DNA of 25,093 bases from a virus (taxonomy: Duplodnaviria > Caudoviricetes), in IMG/VR virus record IMGVR_UViG_3300017766_005064, positions 1 through 25,093 of that record. One strand, 5' to 3'. This document shows, one piece after another, positions 1-8,396 of this stretch (position 1 is the first letter of the stretch; each line of letters starts with the position of its first letter). The notes beneath the pieces are model-generated. The model ran no database searches. It was not told where the DNA came from and was given only the letters and a program-made list of their open reading frames with translations. A program made the position numbers and the translations under genes.

Positions 1-2
1 GC

Positions 3-3000
3 AACTGAAGACGATGGTATATTATTTTGAATGGAAGCATTTCCACCCGCATGAATACTTATCCACTTTCCATTTGTAAATTTATAGTAAACACCATTTG
101 CTGCTTGTTTTATTTGTCCTTCTTTTCCTCTACCTAATCCAAAAGATGCAATTTGTCTGAGTTGCGTATTATTTCTATCTGTTACTTCTACTTCTTGATC
201 TAATCCAAATAGACCAAGTTTATAGAATTTTCCATTTTTAAATACGACACCTTGATTTTTTATTGGTTGATTTGGGTTTGATGGTGCTGGTTGTTGTCTG
301 GCAGGTGTTGGTCTTGATGTTATAGGAGTAACATTTCCACCATATCTAAAATAACTATCTTTTACTGAGGCAGCATTTCCATATCCTCTATAAGTCATTG
401 CTCCACCACGAGGGTAATACTCAAAGTGTAAATGCGATGCTGTTGAAAGTCCAGTGCTTCCCTGTCTTCCAATCATTTGGCCCGCTTTTATTGAGGTCCC
501 TGTTCTTACATTTGTAGATTTCAAATGCGCAAATCGTGTTTCTGCACCGTTTGAATATCTTAAAACAACGGTATTGCCATAGCCATCTCCCTTATCACCT
601 GCCCAAACAACTTGTGCATCTTGGGCAGAAGATATTGGAGATCCATCACCACCATCTAGATCAATACCTTTATGTTCTTTCAATTCTCCAGTTATTGGAT
701 GTCGTCTCATTCCTTGCGCAGAAGTTTGAGGGATCTGCGAAGGTTTTGTTCCTCCAGTAACTTGTACTGCTGGTCCAGCTGCTCCTCCACCAGTTAAAGA
801 AATTATAAAAGATCTGTTTTTTCTTTCATGTGGATTGTCTGGATTATATGCATTTCCTTTTATTGGTTTACTATATGCCGCTCTTTCAAACTCATTATAG
901 AATAAACTTGCTGCATCTTCTGGAGTTTTTGAATTCTTAATTCTGTTACCAGTTCCAGATTCATTTAATTCGATGACAATATACTCAGCTTGTGTGGAGC
1001 GAGTCATGGGATCTTTCCCTTTCGCATTTGCCCATGCTACTAATTTTGACCATCTATTATCATCCCATTGTGCCATACCATTAAATCCACCTTCTGGGGC
1101 ATATGTTCTCAGTCCACTTTCTCTTAATAAATTTGCCACAATTCCTATAGCTGCATTTCTTCCATATATTTTTGTAAAATATTTTATTAAATCATCTGCC
1201 GCTTGTCTTTGATTTTCAGATATTTCTGCCTCTGGTACATTACCATATGGTGCGCCACCACTAGTCGTTTGCTCATCTCCCTTTAATCCCATTTCTCTTC
1301 TGAGACTTTGGAATATTTGATTAGTTCTAGAATTCAATGCATTTTGGAAAGAATTAGATATTGCAGCACCTAATTGTTCACCAATTGATGGACCAGATTT
1401 AAGAGTTCTTGATACTGGTACTACTCCACCTTTTGCTGCAGCAACAACCGATCTTTGAATTTGATTGACTTCTTTTGTCGATTGTGCAGCTATAGCATTG
1501 TCAATTAATGCTGCAAAATTATTTTTAATTTCTTGTCCTAACATTGGGTCTGGTTTTTGTCCCAATGGTAAATTTGATGTTGCAATCATGATTCCACCAA
1601 AAAGTGGATCACGATTTTTGTTCATAATTTCCGATATTCCCTTCAATGCTCTTAATGGATTTTTCTTTCCTGATTTATTTGGTGATGAAAATATTTTTTT
1701 GATTTGTTTTATACCACCAATATTTTGCCCTGGCTGTGGTAATTGTTGTCTAGGTCTTTTTAGTGATCTAGGTTTTACACTTACAGTTCTTTTAATTGTT
1801 CTTCCTACTGGTCTTCCACCTCTAGTTACTGGCCCACCTGCTGCTTTTTTCTGTATTTTTTCTCCCTGGCCTTGCATAGATGTGACAGTATCAAATAATG
1901 ATCTACCGACAATATCTCCTAGAATTCCACCCCATATAGGACCACCAAAAGGTATTAATGCTGGGAAGCTACCTAATGCGGCACCAACAGCACCACCAAC
2001 AGCACCTGCGGCAGCTCTATCTGGCCTTTCTTTGAATATTAAAGTACTAATCAAAAAGTCAGCAATTGGACCTATAATCGGAACTTTACCTAGTATTTTT
2101 GCTCCAGCTTTCCCAAATAACTTTAATGATGCACGCTGCTGTACTTTACCTAGTCCTCTTGATCTAATTGCACCTGGAGTTCTCCCCTTTCCACCTAAAC
2201 CACCAGTAGGAATATCTCTTGGTGAAAATCTCTGTTTAACTGCATTTAACGCTTGAGTTGGAGTCGATCCTCGATTAATTTTATCTTGATATAATCGTGC
2301 TGCATCAAATCCATACTTTTTAGTAATAGATTCTTGAGCGCGAGTCTGGGAAAAATACTGAGATAATCTTGTTTGATTTGCTCCCTTTGGTCCTACTCCA
2401 GGTTTGGGTACAATTCGTGTAGGTAATTTTTTTCCACCACCGCCAATTGCACCAGAACCAGCGATGGCAAATCCAACAATAATAGCAGTATTTAAAAATT
2501 TGTTTAAAGTAGAAGATAATTCATCAAACTGCTTTTCAAATTTTTCTCCACCTACTTGCTTAGCTAGTGCTCTTACCTTATCATATTGTTCGTAGCCAAG
2601 ATCAATAGCATTTACAAAGTTTTTAAATACTGATCCAACAAAATTATCTGTAAATTTTATAAAGGGATCTATAAATTTTAGTGTACTTAATATTTTAGGG
2701 AGAAACTTTACCAATTTGGTAAAGGCAAATCCCATAAAAGTATAAAGAATAAAGTTACGAATCGCATCTAGAAATCCAGTTTTAGGTAATGCTCCCTGTA
2801 GATATTTTAATGGATTTACTAGTTTTGGTGTTTCGGATTGCTTTTCCTGAGTTTGTCTTGTCTGAAAAATTCTTTGTTTTCTTTGTTGTTCTGTTTGTTT
2901 TTTCTGTATCGACGCATTAGATTTTACTAAAGTTTCGATCTTAGTCAAACTTTTTTGAATTGATTTTAATATTGAAAGAGTGGGCACTAAGGTTGGATTA

Positions 3001-3005
3001 TCCAT
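3..3005 (-). CDS. Large tail/baseplate tape-measure-like protein (>1000 aa, 3' end beyond left edge) with phage tail lysozyme domain (~880-1200) and M23 peptidase domain (~415-715)
   Basis: Manual translation from ATG at 3005 (MDNPTLVPTLSILKSIQK...) is open to the window edge, so it is absent from the ORF track. Motifs: AAIGIVANLLRESG...GMAQW...TQAEYIVIEL...FER (tail lysozyme); HKGIDL, GYGNTVV, RFAHL, STASHLHFEY (M23 HxxxD/HxH); AxGG motifs. Confidence 0.85.
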   Translation of the reverse strand, partial: MDNPTLVPTLSILKSIQKSLTKIETLVKSNASIQKKQTEQQRKQRIFQTRQTQEKQSETPKLVNPLKYLQGALPKTGFLDAIRNFILYTFMGFAFTKLVKFLPKILSTLKFIDPFIKFTDNFVGSVFKNFVNAIDLGYEQYDKVRALAKQVGGEKFEKQFDELSSTLNKFLNTAIIVGFAIAGSGAIGGGGKKLPTRIVPKPGVGPKGANQTRLSQYFSQTRAQESITKKYGFDAARLYQDKINRGSTPTQALNAVKQRFSPRDIPTGGLGGKGRTPGAIRSRGLGKVQQRASLKLFGKAGAKILGKVPIIGPIADFLISTLIFKERPDRAAAGAVGGAVGAALGSFPALIPFGGPIWGGILGDIVGRSLFDTVTSMQGQGEKIQKKAAGGPVTRGGRPVGRTIKRTVSVKPRSLKRPRQQLPQPGQNIGGIKQIKKIFSSPNKSGKKNPLRALKGISEIMNKNRDPLFGGIMIATSNLPLGQKPDPMLGQEIKNNFAALIDNAIAAQSTKEVNQIQRSVVAAAKGGVVPVSRTLKSGPSIGEQLGAAISNSFQNALNSRTNQIFQSLRREMGLKGDEQTTSGGAPYGNVPEAEISENQRQAADDLIKYFTKIYGRNAAIGIVANLLRESGLRTYAPEGGFNGMAQWDDNRWSKLVAWANAKGKDPMTRSTQAEYIVIELNESGTGNRIKNSKTPEDAASLFYNEFERAAYSKPIKGNAYNPDNPHERKNRSFIISLTGGGAAGPAVQVTGGTKPSQIPQTSAQGMRRHPITGELKEHKGIDLDGGDGSPISSAQDAQVVWAGDKGDGYGNTVVLRYSNGAETRFAHLKSTNVRTGTSIKAGQMIGRQGSTGLSTASHLHFEYYPRGGAMTYRGYGNAASVKDSYFRYGGNVTPITSRPTPARQQPAPSNPNQPIKNQGVVFKNGKFYKLGLFGLDQEVEVTDRNNTQLRQIASFGLGRGKEGQIKQAANGVYYKFTNGKWISIHAGGNASIQNNIPSSSV

Positions 3006-3006
3006 G

Positions 3007-5457
3007 TTATGCTAGTCCATATGCCATTAATGTCATCTGTCTTTCTTCGCTGTTCGGTGGAATCGCAGAGATTGTTGGAACTTCACTTCCTGCAGTTGGT
3101 GTTGGAGTTGTTCTAGATGAAGTATATATTGGAGGAAGTTCAGTAAATGTCACTTCACTTTGATTTGCTACTCTTGGTCCTGGCTGCTTAATATTCGGTG
3201 CCATCGGAATTACTATTCCCTCAGATGTCTTTTTCTGGATTCCACTAAATTTTAACAAGTTTTCCCAAGAACTTTCTAAAAATCCCTTAGGTTTTGGTTT
3301 TGGTGAGGATGGTGGTGCTTGAAGTTGAGCAGGAATTGGAGCAGCTCTTGTTCCGTAATTTCCTTCATGTACAAAGAAATTTGCTTTTGAATTCCTTAAA
3401 ACATCTCCCTTTTCTGGTTTCATGTATGGCTGTTCAGATGTCCCAAAAAATTGTGTTCTAGTACCAACATGTAGCTGAGCTTGTTGTTGATTTTTTACAT
3501 TTTTTAGAGCCTTTTCTGTATCTGATATTTCCTTCAAAGCCTGCTGCATATTCCATTTATAATTTTTTCCCTTTGTGGAATTCATTACAGCGGTAGCAGC
3601 AGTCTTTCTATCAATAATATTTTTCCAGTCTTTTATGTTACCAAATGTTGGTTGATATTGTTTTGGGGCAGTAATAATGTCTTTAATCGTATTTTTTGAT
3701 TGTAAGAAATTTGCTCCATAATTATTGGCTGCCTGAAGTCGATTATAAATTGATTGGGCAACATCAGCTCTTCCCTGTGGTGTAGTATCCTCTAATGAAC
3801 TAATTCCAAGAAGTGCATTATAATCTGCGGCACTTAACTTAGATCCAATTACTCCACCATCTTTTGCTAACTGTATATTATTCACAAATTTTGGCTTTCT
3901 ACCAGATACAAATTGATATAAATTTAATCCAGTTTGACCTTCGATTTTCTTTGCATCTTCAGGAGTTAGAACAATTTCACCTGGTCTTGCCGCAACCAAT
4001 TGTGTATCTGGGCCAGCACCAGTAATATTTACTCCAGAATCACGAGTAATTTGTTGACTCCCATCAGCTAAAATTTGCTCTATTCCTAAAGAACTTGATT
4101 GATTCTTTTTAGGAACCATCCCACCACTTCTAAATGCATAAGAAGGTGATAATGGTTGAGGTTTAACTGTCTTTTCGTTTTGTGTCTTTGGTTCTTCTGG
4201 TTTTAATTTCTTGGTTTGATCTGGTTCTGATTTTGGCTTTAATAATTGATATCCACCATATGCTGCGGCAACTGCAGCTCCAGCATACAATGAACGAACA
4301 CCAAATGTTTTTAGTAGTTTTAATATTCCTGGTATTCCAATTGCACGAATATATTTGGTAAGATTTATGACTAGACCTACTGTAGATCTTATAAATTTAC
4401 CAAATCTTGTTCCAAATAATATAAAAGTTCCAAGTATTGCTGGCCACCAATCCTTAAAAAATCTCTTTAAGGATTCTATTTTTTGCTTATTTTTTGGATC
4501 AGATATCCACTTAACTAATTCAGTAAACGCTTTTCCGAGTAAAGTATAAAATATAAAATCGAAAATACGATCCAAAATCCCCTTTACAGGAGACATTACT
4601 TTTTCGAATGAACTAAATGTTTTCTTTGCGGAAGATTCTAATTCTTTTTCTGCCTCTTGTCTTTTTGTCTGTTCTAGATTGATTCTTTCAACTTGTTGAG
4701 TTTTTATAGTAGTTGCTTTTTGAGCAGAAAGAATCGCTAATATATTGTCTACTGACTTTTGTATTTTTAATAATATTTGGACAATTGAATTATCTGATCC
4801 ACCTCCACCTCCTCTTAAACCTCCGTTACCATTTGGGGGATCGCCTCCTCCTGTTACTGCACGAGATCTTTCTGTTATAGCTCTACCAATTCTTACATTC
4901 CTAGTTCTAAAATTAGAAGTAGATGGACGAACAAAACTACTTGCTTCTCTTGAAGTAGGTCTTGCTCTTGAAGTTGGTTGTTTCTTTTGTCGTTGAGTTT
5001 CTCCTCTTTGTATCTCACCTAAAAGATCTTCTATTTTATCTTTTACTTCTTCATCTTGTTTATCTTGTGGCGATGAAGTTGGAGTTCCTGTAGGTGACTT
5101 TCTTTTTCTCTGTGTTGTTTGTGGTTTTTTAGTTGGTGCCTTTGGTGGCCTTTTAGATGCTGCTGGCTTTTTATTTGCTTTGGCTTCTTTTTGATATTTT
5201 TCTACTTCTTTAAGTACTTTGTCGTGTACTTTTCCAAAATCTCCATCTAATGAATCTTCTTCAAATTCATCATACTCAGAACTAGATATCGGATATTCAT
5301 CCCCTGAATTAGTTTCTACATACCATTTTATAACATAATAGTATAACTCAGGGTCTGCTGCTTCGTTAATGCCTAAGTTCTTAGCAAAAATTATAGCATG
5401 ATTCTTTGGCCTATTTCTAGGAAACTTAATAGTATCAATAGACCATTTTTTTGCCAT
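3007..5457 (-). CDS. Tail/baseplate tape-measure-like protein (816 aa) with SleB/Hydrolase_2-like cell wall hydrolase domain (~3360-3840)
   Basis: ORF track; coiled coil plus amphipathic helices, GAGPDTQLVAARPGEIVLT and xxGG motifs typical of tape measure proteins; SLED...ADVAQSIYNRL...IKDIITAPKQYQP resembles Hydrolase_2. Confidence 0.75.
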   Translation of the reverse strand: MAKKWSIDTIKFPRNRPKNHAIIFAKNLGINEAADPELYYYVIKWYVETNSGDEYPISSSEYDEFEEDSLDGDFGKVHDKVLKEVEKYQKEAKANKKPAASKRPPKAPTKKPQTTQRKRKSPTGTPTSSPQDKQDEEVKDKIEDLLGEIQRGETQRQKKQPTSRARPTSREASSFVRPSTSNFRTRNVRIGRAITERSRAVTGGGDPPNGNGGLRGGGGGSDNSIVQILLKIQKSVDNILAILSAQKATTIKTQQVERINLEQTKRQEAEKELESSAKKTFSSFEKVMSPVKGILDRIFDFIFYTLLGKAFTELVKWISDPKNKQKIESLKRFFKDWWPAILGTFILFGTRFGKFIRSTVGLVINLTKYIRAIGIPGILKLLKTFGVRSLYAGAAVAAAYGGYQLLKPKSEPDQTKKLKPEEPKTQNEKTVKPQPLSPSYAFRSGGMVPKKNQSSSLGIEQILADGSQQITRDSGVNITGAGPDTQLVAARPGEIVLTPEDAKKIEGQTGLNLYQFVSGRKPKFVNNIQLAKDGGVIGSKLSAADYNALLGISSLEDTTPQGRADVAQSIYNRLQAANNYGANFLQSKNTIKDIITAPKQYQPTFGNIKDWKNIIDRKTAATAVMNSTKGKNYKWNMQQALKEISDTEKALKNVKNQQQAQLHVGTRTQFFGTSEQPYMKPEKGDVLRNSKANFFVHEGNYGTRAAPIPAQLQAPPSSPKPKPKGFLESSWENLLKFSGIQKKTSEGIVIPMAPNIKQPGPRVANQSEVTFTELPPIYTSSRTTPTPTAGSEVPTISAIPPNSEERQMTLMAYGLA

Positions 5458-5462
5458 TTACT

Positions 5463-5639
5463 TTACAGCGATGCCTTTTTAACTTTTGCCTCTTCTTCTT
5501 CTAGATGTTGATTTAAAAGTGCCACATAGATATCTCTTTCCCATGGCATCAAGTTTTCAATCTCAGTTAATGAATATTTATGATATTGCATCAAGGCAAA
5601 ATTCAACTTGAAGTAATTTTCAAGATCCATGTGGCACAT
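5463..5639 (-). CDS. gp51: Baseplate hub assembly catalyst gp51-like (58 aa; alternative start 5630)
   Basis: Manual translation MCHMDLENYFKLNFALMQYHKYSLTEIENLMPWERDIYVALLNQHLEEEEAKVKKASL; NFALMQYHKYSLTEIENxMPWERDIY signature; directly after gp26. Confidence 0.85.
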   Translation of the reverse strand: MCHMDLENYFKLNFALMQYHKYSLTEIENLMPWERDIYVALLNQHLEEEEAKVKKASL

Positions 5640-5641
5640 TC

Positions 5642-6361
5642 CTATGCGAAAAAACTAGATAACCCTTCAAGAACAACTTCAGATTCTACCTTTGTATTTG
5701 GGTTCTTAACCTTAATTGTGTGAGACAATTTTGGCATAGTTTCAAAGAACTTCTCGATCTCTTTGAACTGGGATGAATTCATCTGATCCAAGAATTCTGT
5801 GATTTCTTTTTTAGTTACATCAGAAGAAGACCAAACCTCTTCTTCAGTATAAATTTTATCTACACAATCAGCAATCATCTCAAATGATTGTTCAGTTGCA
5901 TTTTCATTTGAAAAATCAAAATTATTTTTGATGAATTGCTCTAGTGATGGATATTTCATTTCCATCATAATTGAATCATCAACTTTAATTTTGTTTGTAT
6001 GGTCTTTATTTTTTTCTACATTAATATCATCTATATTAATCTTCACAGGAACAGAAGTCTCTCCGTCATCTGGACAGATTATCGAAAGCTCAACTTCTTC
6101 TCCAACTGATTTTGCACGAATATTTAAGAACAAATATTCAATGTCAAATGTAGGTAGAGTTTCTACTTTAATTCCTCTTGTTTCAATGCAATTTTTAATT
6201 ACTGTTTTAATTGCAGTTGTAATTTGTTTTGTATCCTCTGATTCTAATGCAAGCAAAAGAAGTTTTTCTTCTTTCACAAGAAAAGGTCTATATTTAATTG
6301 TTTGTCCAGTTGATGGTAAATCCAACTCAAAAGTTGGTGCAACAATTTTAGGTAAAGGCAT
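5642..6361 (-). CDS. gp26: Baseplate hub subunit/assembly chaperone gp26
   Basis: MPLPKIVAPTFELDLPSTG..IKYRPFLVKEEKLLL, FDIEYLFLNIRAKSVGE, C-terminal LEGLSSFF. Confidence 0.92.
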   Translation of the reverse strand: MPLPKIVAPTFELDLPSTGQTIKYRPFLVKEEKLLLLALESEDTKQITTAIKTVIKNCIETRGIKVETLPTFDIEYLFLNIRAKSVGEEVELSIICPDDGETSVPVKINIDDINVEKNKDHTNKIKVDDSIMMEMKYPSLEQFIKNNFDFSNENATEQSFEMIADCVDKIYTEEEVWSSSDVTKKEITEFLDQMNSSQFKEIEKFFETMPKLSHTIKVKNPNTKVESEVVLEGLSSFFA

Positions 6362-6391
6362 ATTATATTAATAATATTAAATTCGTTTGAT

Positions 6392-6399
6392 TATTTATT
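6392..6399 (-). promoter_or_regulatory. T4-type late promoter (AATAAATA) upstream of gp26
   Basis: tatttatt on + strand about 30 nt upstream of the gp26 ATG. Confidence 0.65.
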
Positions 6400-6407
6400 T
6401 GTGTAAC

Positions 6408-7220
6408 TTATCTTCTGTTTAGCTCATCGAAAAATTGTTGATTTGTATCAAATGCTGGGCCAAATTTTGGTGTAGGATTTTGTGGTTCTGGATTGGGAGC
6501 ATCGATTTCATTCAATTTACTTCCCAATAAAATATATCTTGTATACGCAAACGAAACAGTACATTTCAATAGTTGAGATGACTCATAACTAACTGGCATA
6601 GACATTATTGCAGTTGGATATGCATCAATATATCTATAGGTAAGTGATTGACTTACAGGAGATTGTTCTCCACTTATTTTCCCGTAACTTCTCTCAAATT
6701 TTGTTATATAAATTTGTGTTCTATATCCAGCTTCAGTTGTATTAGATTCTCCACTTCCATCTGGATAGTTGACTCTATACGAATACTCAGATTGAGTCAA
6801 CTTTCTATTGTTAAAATCATTAGTATACTGTTCATTAGCAATATATTGCATCCAAAATTCAAAATATTTTATAATTTCGTAATTGACATCCACATAAAAA
6901 GTAAAGTCAGCACGATCATCATACACTCTTCTATATGGAATTTTTTCTGTAACTCCAGTGTAGTCCATCACATCATGAGTATAAAAAGTTGATCCTGGTA
7001 ATGTAGCATCACAACAAGATAAAGATATCAAGGAATTATCAAAATTCTTTTGTCCTTCATTAAATGCTATTCTCTTGTCTCTAAACCATTTCCCAGATAC
7101 TACAGGAGGTGCAAAAAATTCACAAGAAAAATGAGAAGTCAAAGCTGGCTTTAGCAACTTTGACTTTATTGTGGACATTGATTGTGGCGTAGAAAATGCA
7201 GAGGTATATTTTTCAGCCAT
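6408..7220 (-). CDS. Tail-tube-fold protein, probable baseplate tail tube initiator (gp54-like)
   Basis: LSCCDATLPG, FTFYVDxNYEIIKYFEFWMQYI, DAYPTAI, CTVSFAY pattern resembles gp19/gp54 family; position between gp4 and gp26. Confidence 0.65.
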   Translation of the reverse strand: MAEKYTSAFSTPQSMSTIKSKLLKPALTSHFSCEFFAPPVVSGKWFRDKRIAFNEGQKNFDNSLISLSCCDATLPGSTFYTHDVMDYTGVTEKIPYRRVYDDRADFTFYVDVNYEIIKYFEFWMQYIANEQYTNDFNNRKLTQSEYSYRVNYPDGSGESNTTEAGYRTQIYITKFERSYGKISGEQSPVSQSLTYRYIDAYPTAIMSMPVSYESSQLLKCTVSFAYTRYILLGSKLNEIDAPNPEPQNPTPKFGPAFDTNQQFFDELNRR

Positions 7221-7221
7221 C

Positions 7222-7229
7222 TATAAATA
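7222..7229 (+). promoter_or_regulatory. T4 late promoter TATAAATA driving gp4 operon
   Basis: Exact T4 late consensus upstream of gp4. Confidence 0.8.
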
Positions 7230-7247
7230 TTTTTAATATTTATTGAC

Positions 7248-7255
7248 TATTTATA
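7248..7255 (-). promoter_or_regulatory. T4 late promoter TATAAATA driving the gp54-like/gp26/gp51 operon (second copy AATAAATA at 7237-7244)
   Basis: tatttata on + strand, 27 nt upstream of ATG 7220. Confidence 0.8.
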
Positions 7256-7257
7256 GC

Positions 7258-7707
7258 GTGTCTAAGAATTATATACAAGGGTTTTATTCTCCTATACATC
7301 CAGAAAAATATGCTGGCAACGCAAAACAAATTGTATATCGTTCTTCTTATGAGTTAAGAGCATTTAAATGGTGCGATTTAACTGAAAGTATAGTGTCATG
7401 GGGATCGGAAGAAGGATGGGTACCATATAGAAATCCAATGACAGGAAGAATACATCGTTACTTCCCAGACCTATTCATAAAAATAAAAGAATCAAATGGA
7501 GAGATAAAAAAATATCTAATAGAAATAAAACCAAAAAGACAAACTATTCCACCAAATCCTACACCAAAAAAGAAAACAAAAACTTGGTTGAATGAAATGG
7601 CAACATATCAAGTCAATCAAGCTAAGTGGGAAGCGGCAGAAAAATTTTGTAAAGAAAATGGGATCATATTCAGAATTATCACAGAACAGGAATTAGGGAT
7701 AAAATAA
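7258..7707 (+). CDS. gp4: Head completion nuclease gp4 (probable GTG start 7258; track start 7243)
   Basis: PEKYAG..IVYRSSYE, WGSEE, HRYFPD, LIEIKPKRQT, NQAKWEAA, FRIITE. Confidence 0.93.
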   Translation: MSKNYIQGFYSPIHPEKYAGNAKQIVYRSSYELRAFKWCDLTESIVSWGSEEGWVPYRNPMTGRIHRYFPDLFIKIKESNGEIKKYLIEIKPKRQTIPPNPTPKKKTKTWLNEMATYQVNQAKWEAAEKFCKENGIIFRIITEQELGIK

Positions 7708-8315
7708 TGTTCAAACCATTAAGTAATCAAGCAAGAAGAATGTGGAAAATATTTGGTACGGTGAGAACTTGGTTCTCGACTTTAGGGAAATCGATTGAAA
7801 GAAAACTAGAAAGAGAAGAACAAGAAATCATTTTCGAAACGAATAAATTAAAAAAAGAAGGTGGAAAAACTTATATCTATGAGCAATTAGATAAAAGAAA
7901 AAAGCAATTAGACAAAAGAAAAGAAGAATTTTATACATTTAAAACATTAGTAGATAATCTCCCTAAGGGAAGATCACCCAATTTTTATTTTAATGCTCTT
8001 ATTGATATTCTTTCTCGAATGGGAAGAACGGAAGAAAGTGTAGAAGTAGGGAAAATATACACATTTAAGTACATAGCAAAAACTGAAAACCAATGGTACG
8101 ATGTTCACCCTGTGAGTTTAATCACATCAAAAGGATCTTTTTATTATAGAGGAGTAAATTATCATTGGCAAAGAAGACCAGAGTATGTAGAAAGTCCAAT
8201 ACGAACTTATAACTATTCTTCAATACAATCATTGTTTTACAGAATCAAACAAGAAGAATTGGAATATGTGATGAGTGTTCCAACATTTTATCCAGTGTTC
8301 ATCCCAAAGAGATAA
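7707..8315 (+). CDS. DNA end protector gp2-like protein
   Basis: YTFKYIAKT..WYDVHPVSLI..GVNYHW resembles gp2 core; follows gp4 with TAATG coupling. Confidence 0.55.
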   Translation: MFKPLSNQARRMWKIFGTVRTWFSTLGKSIERKLEREEQEIIFETNKLKKEGGKTYIYEQLDKRKKQLDKRKEEFYTFKTLVDNLPKGRSPNFYFNALIDILSRMGRTEESVEVGKIYTFKYIAKTENQWYDVHPVSLITSKGSFYYRGVNYHWQRRPEYVESPIRTYNYSSIQSLFYRIKQEELEYVMSVPTFYPVFIPKR

Positions 8316-8322
8316 ATAAATA
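8311..8322 (+). promoter_or_regulatory. Two overlapping late promoter motifs (GATAAATA/AATAAATA) upstream of gp48
   Basis: gataaataaata. Confidence 0.65.
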
Positions 8323-8336
8323 TAAAACTAATATAA

Positions 8337-8396
8337 ATGTCTCATACTCTACGAAAAATTGAGATGGTATTATCCCTTATGTGGAGGGATTTCTGA
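8337..8396 (+). CDS. Putative 19-aa leader peptide MSHTLRKIEMVLSLMWRDF coupled to gp48
   Basis: ATG 8337 to TGA 8394-8396 overlapping the gp48 ATG (TGATG); fills the space between late promoter and gp48. Confidence 0.35.
   Translation: MSHTLRKIEMVLSLMWRDF

Noticed and set aside
536-2595. Plus-strand ORFs 536-760, 973-1212, 1465-2256 and 2404-2595
   Set aside because: Antisense shadows of the >1000-aa minus-strand gene; no recognisable motifs
4355-6992. Plus-strand ORFs opposite the 816-aa gene, gp26 and the gp54-like gene
   Set aside because: Shadow frames rich in Ser/Ile/Phe, as expected from antisense of AT-rich coding DNA
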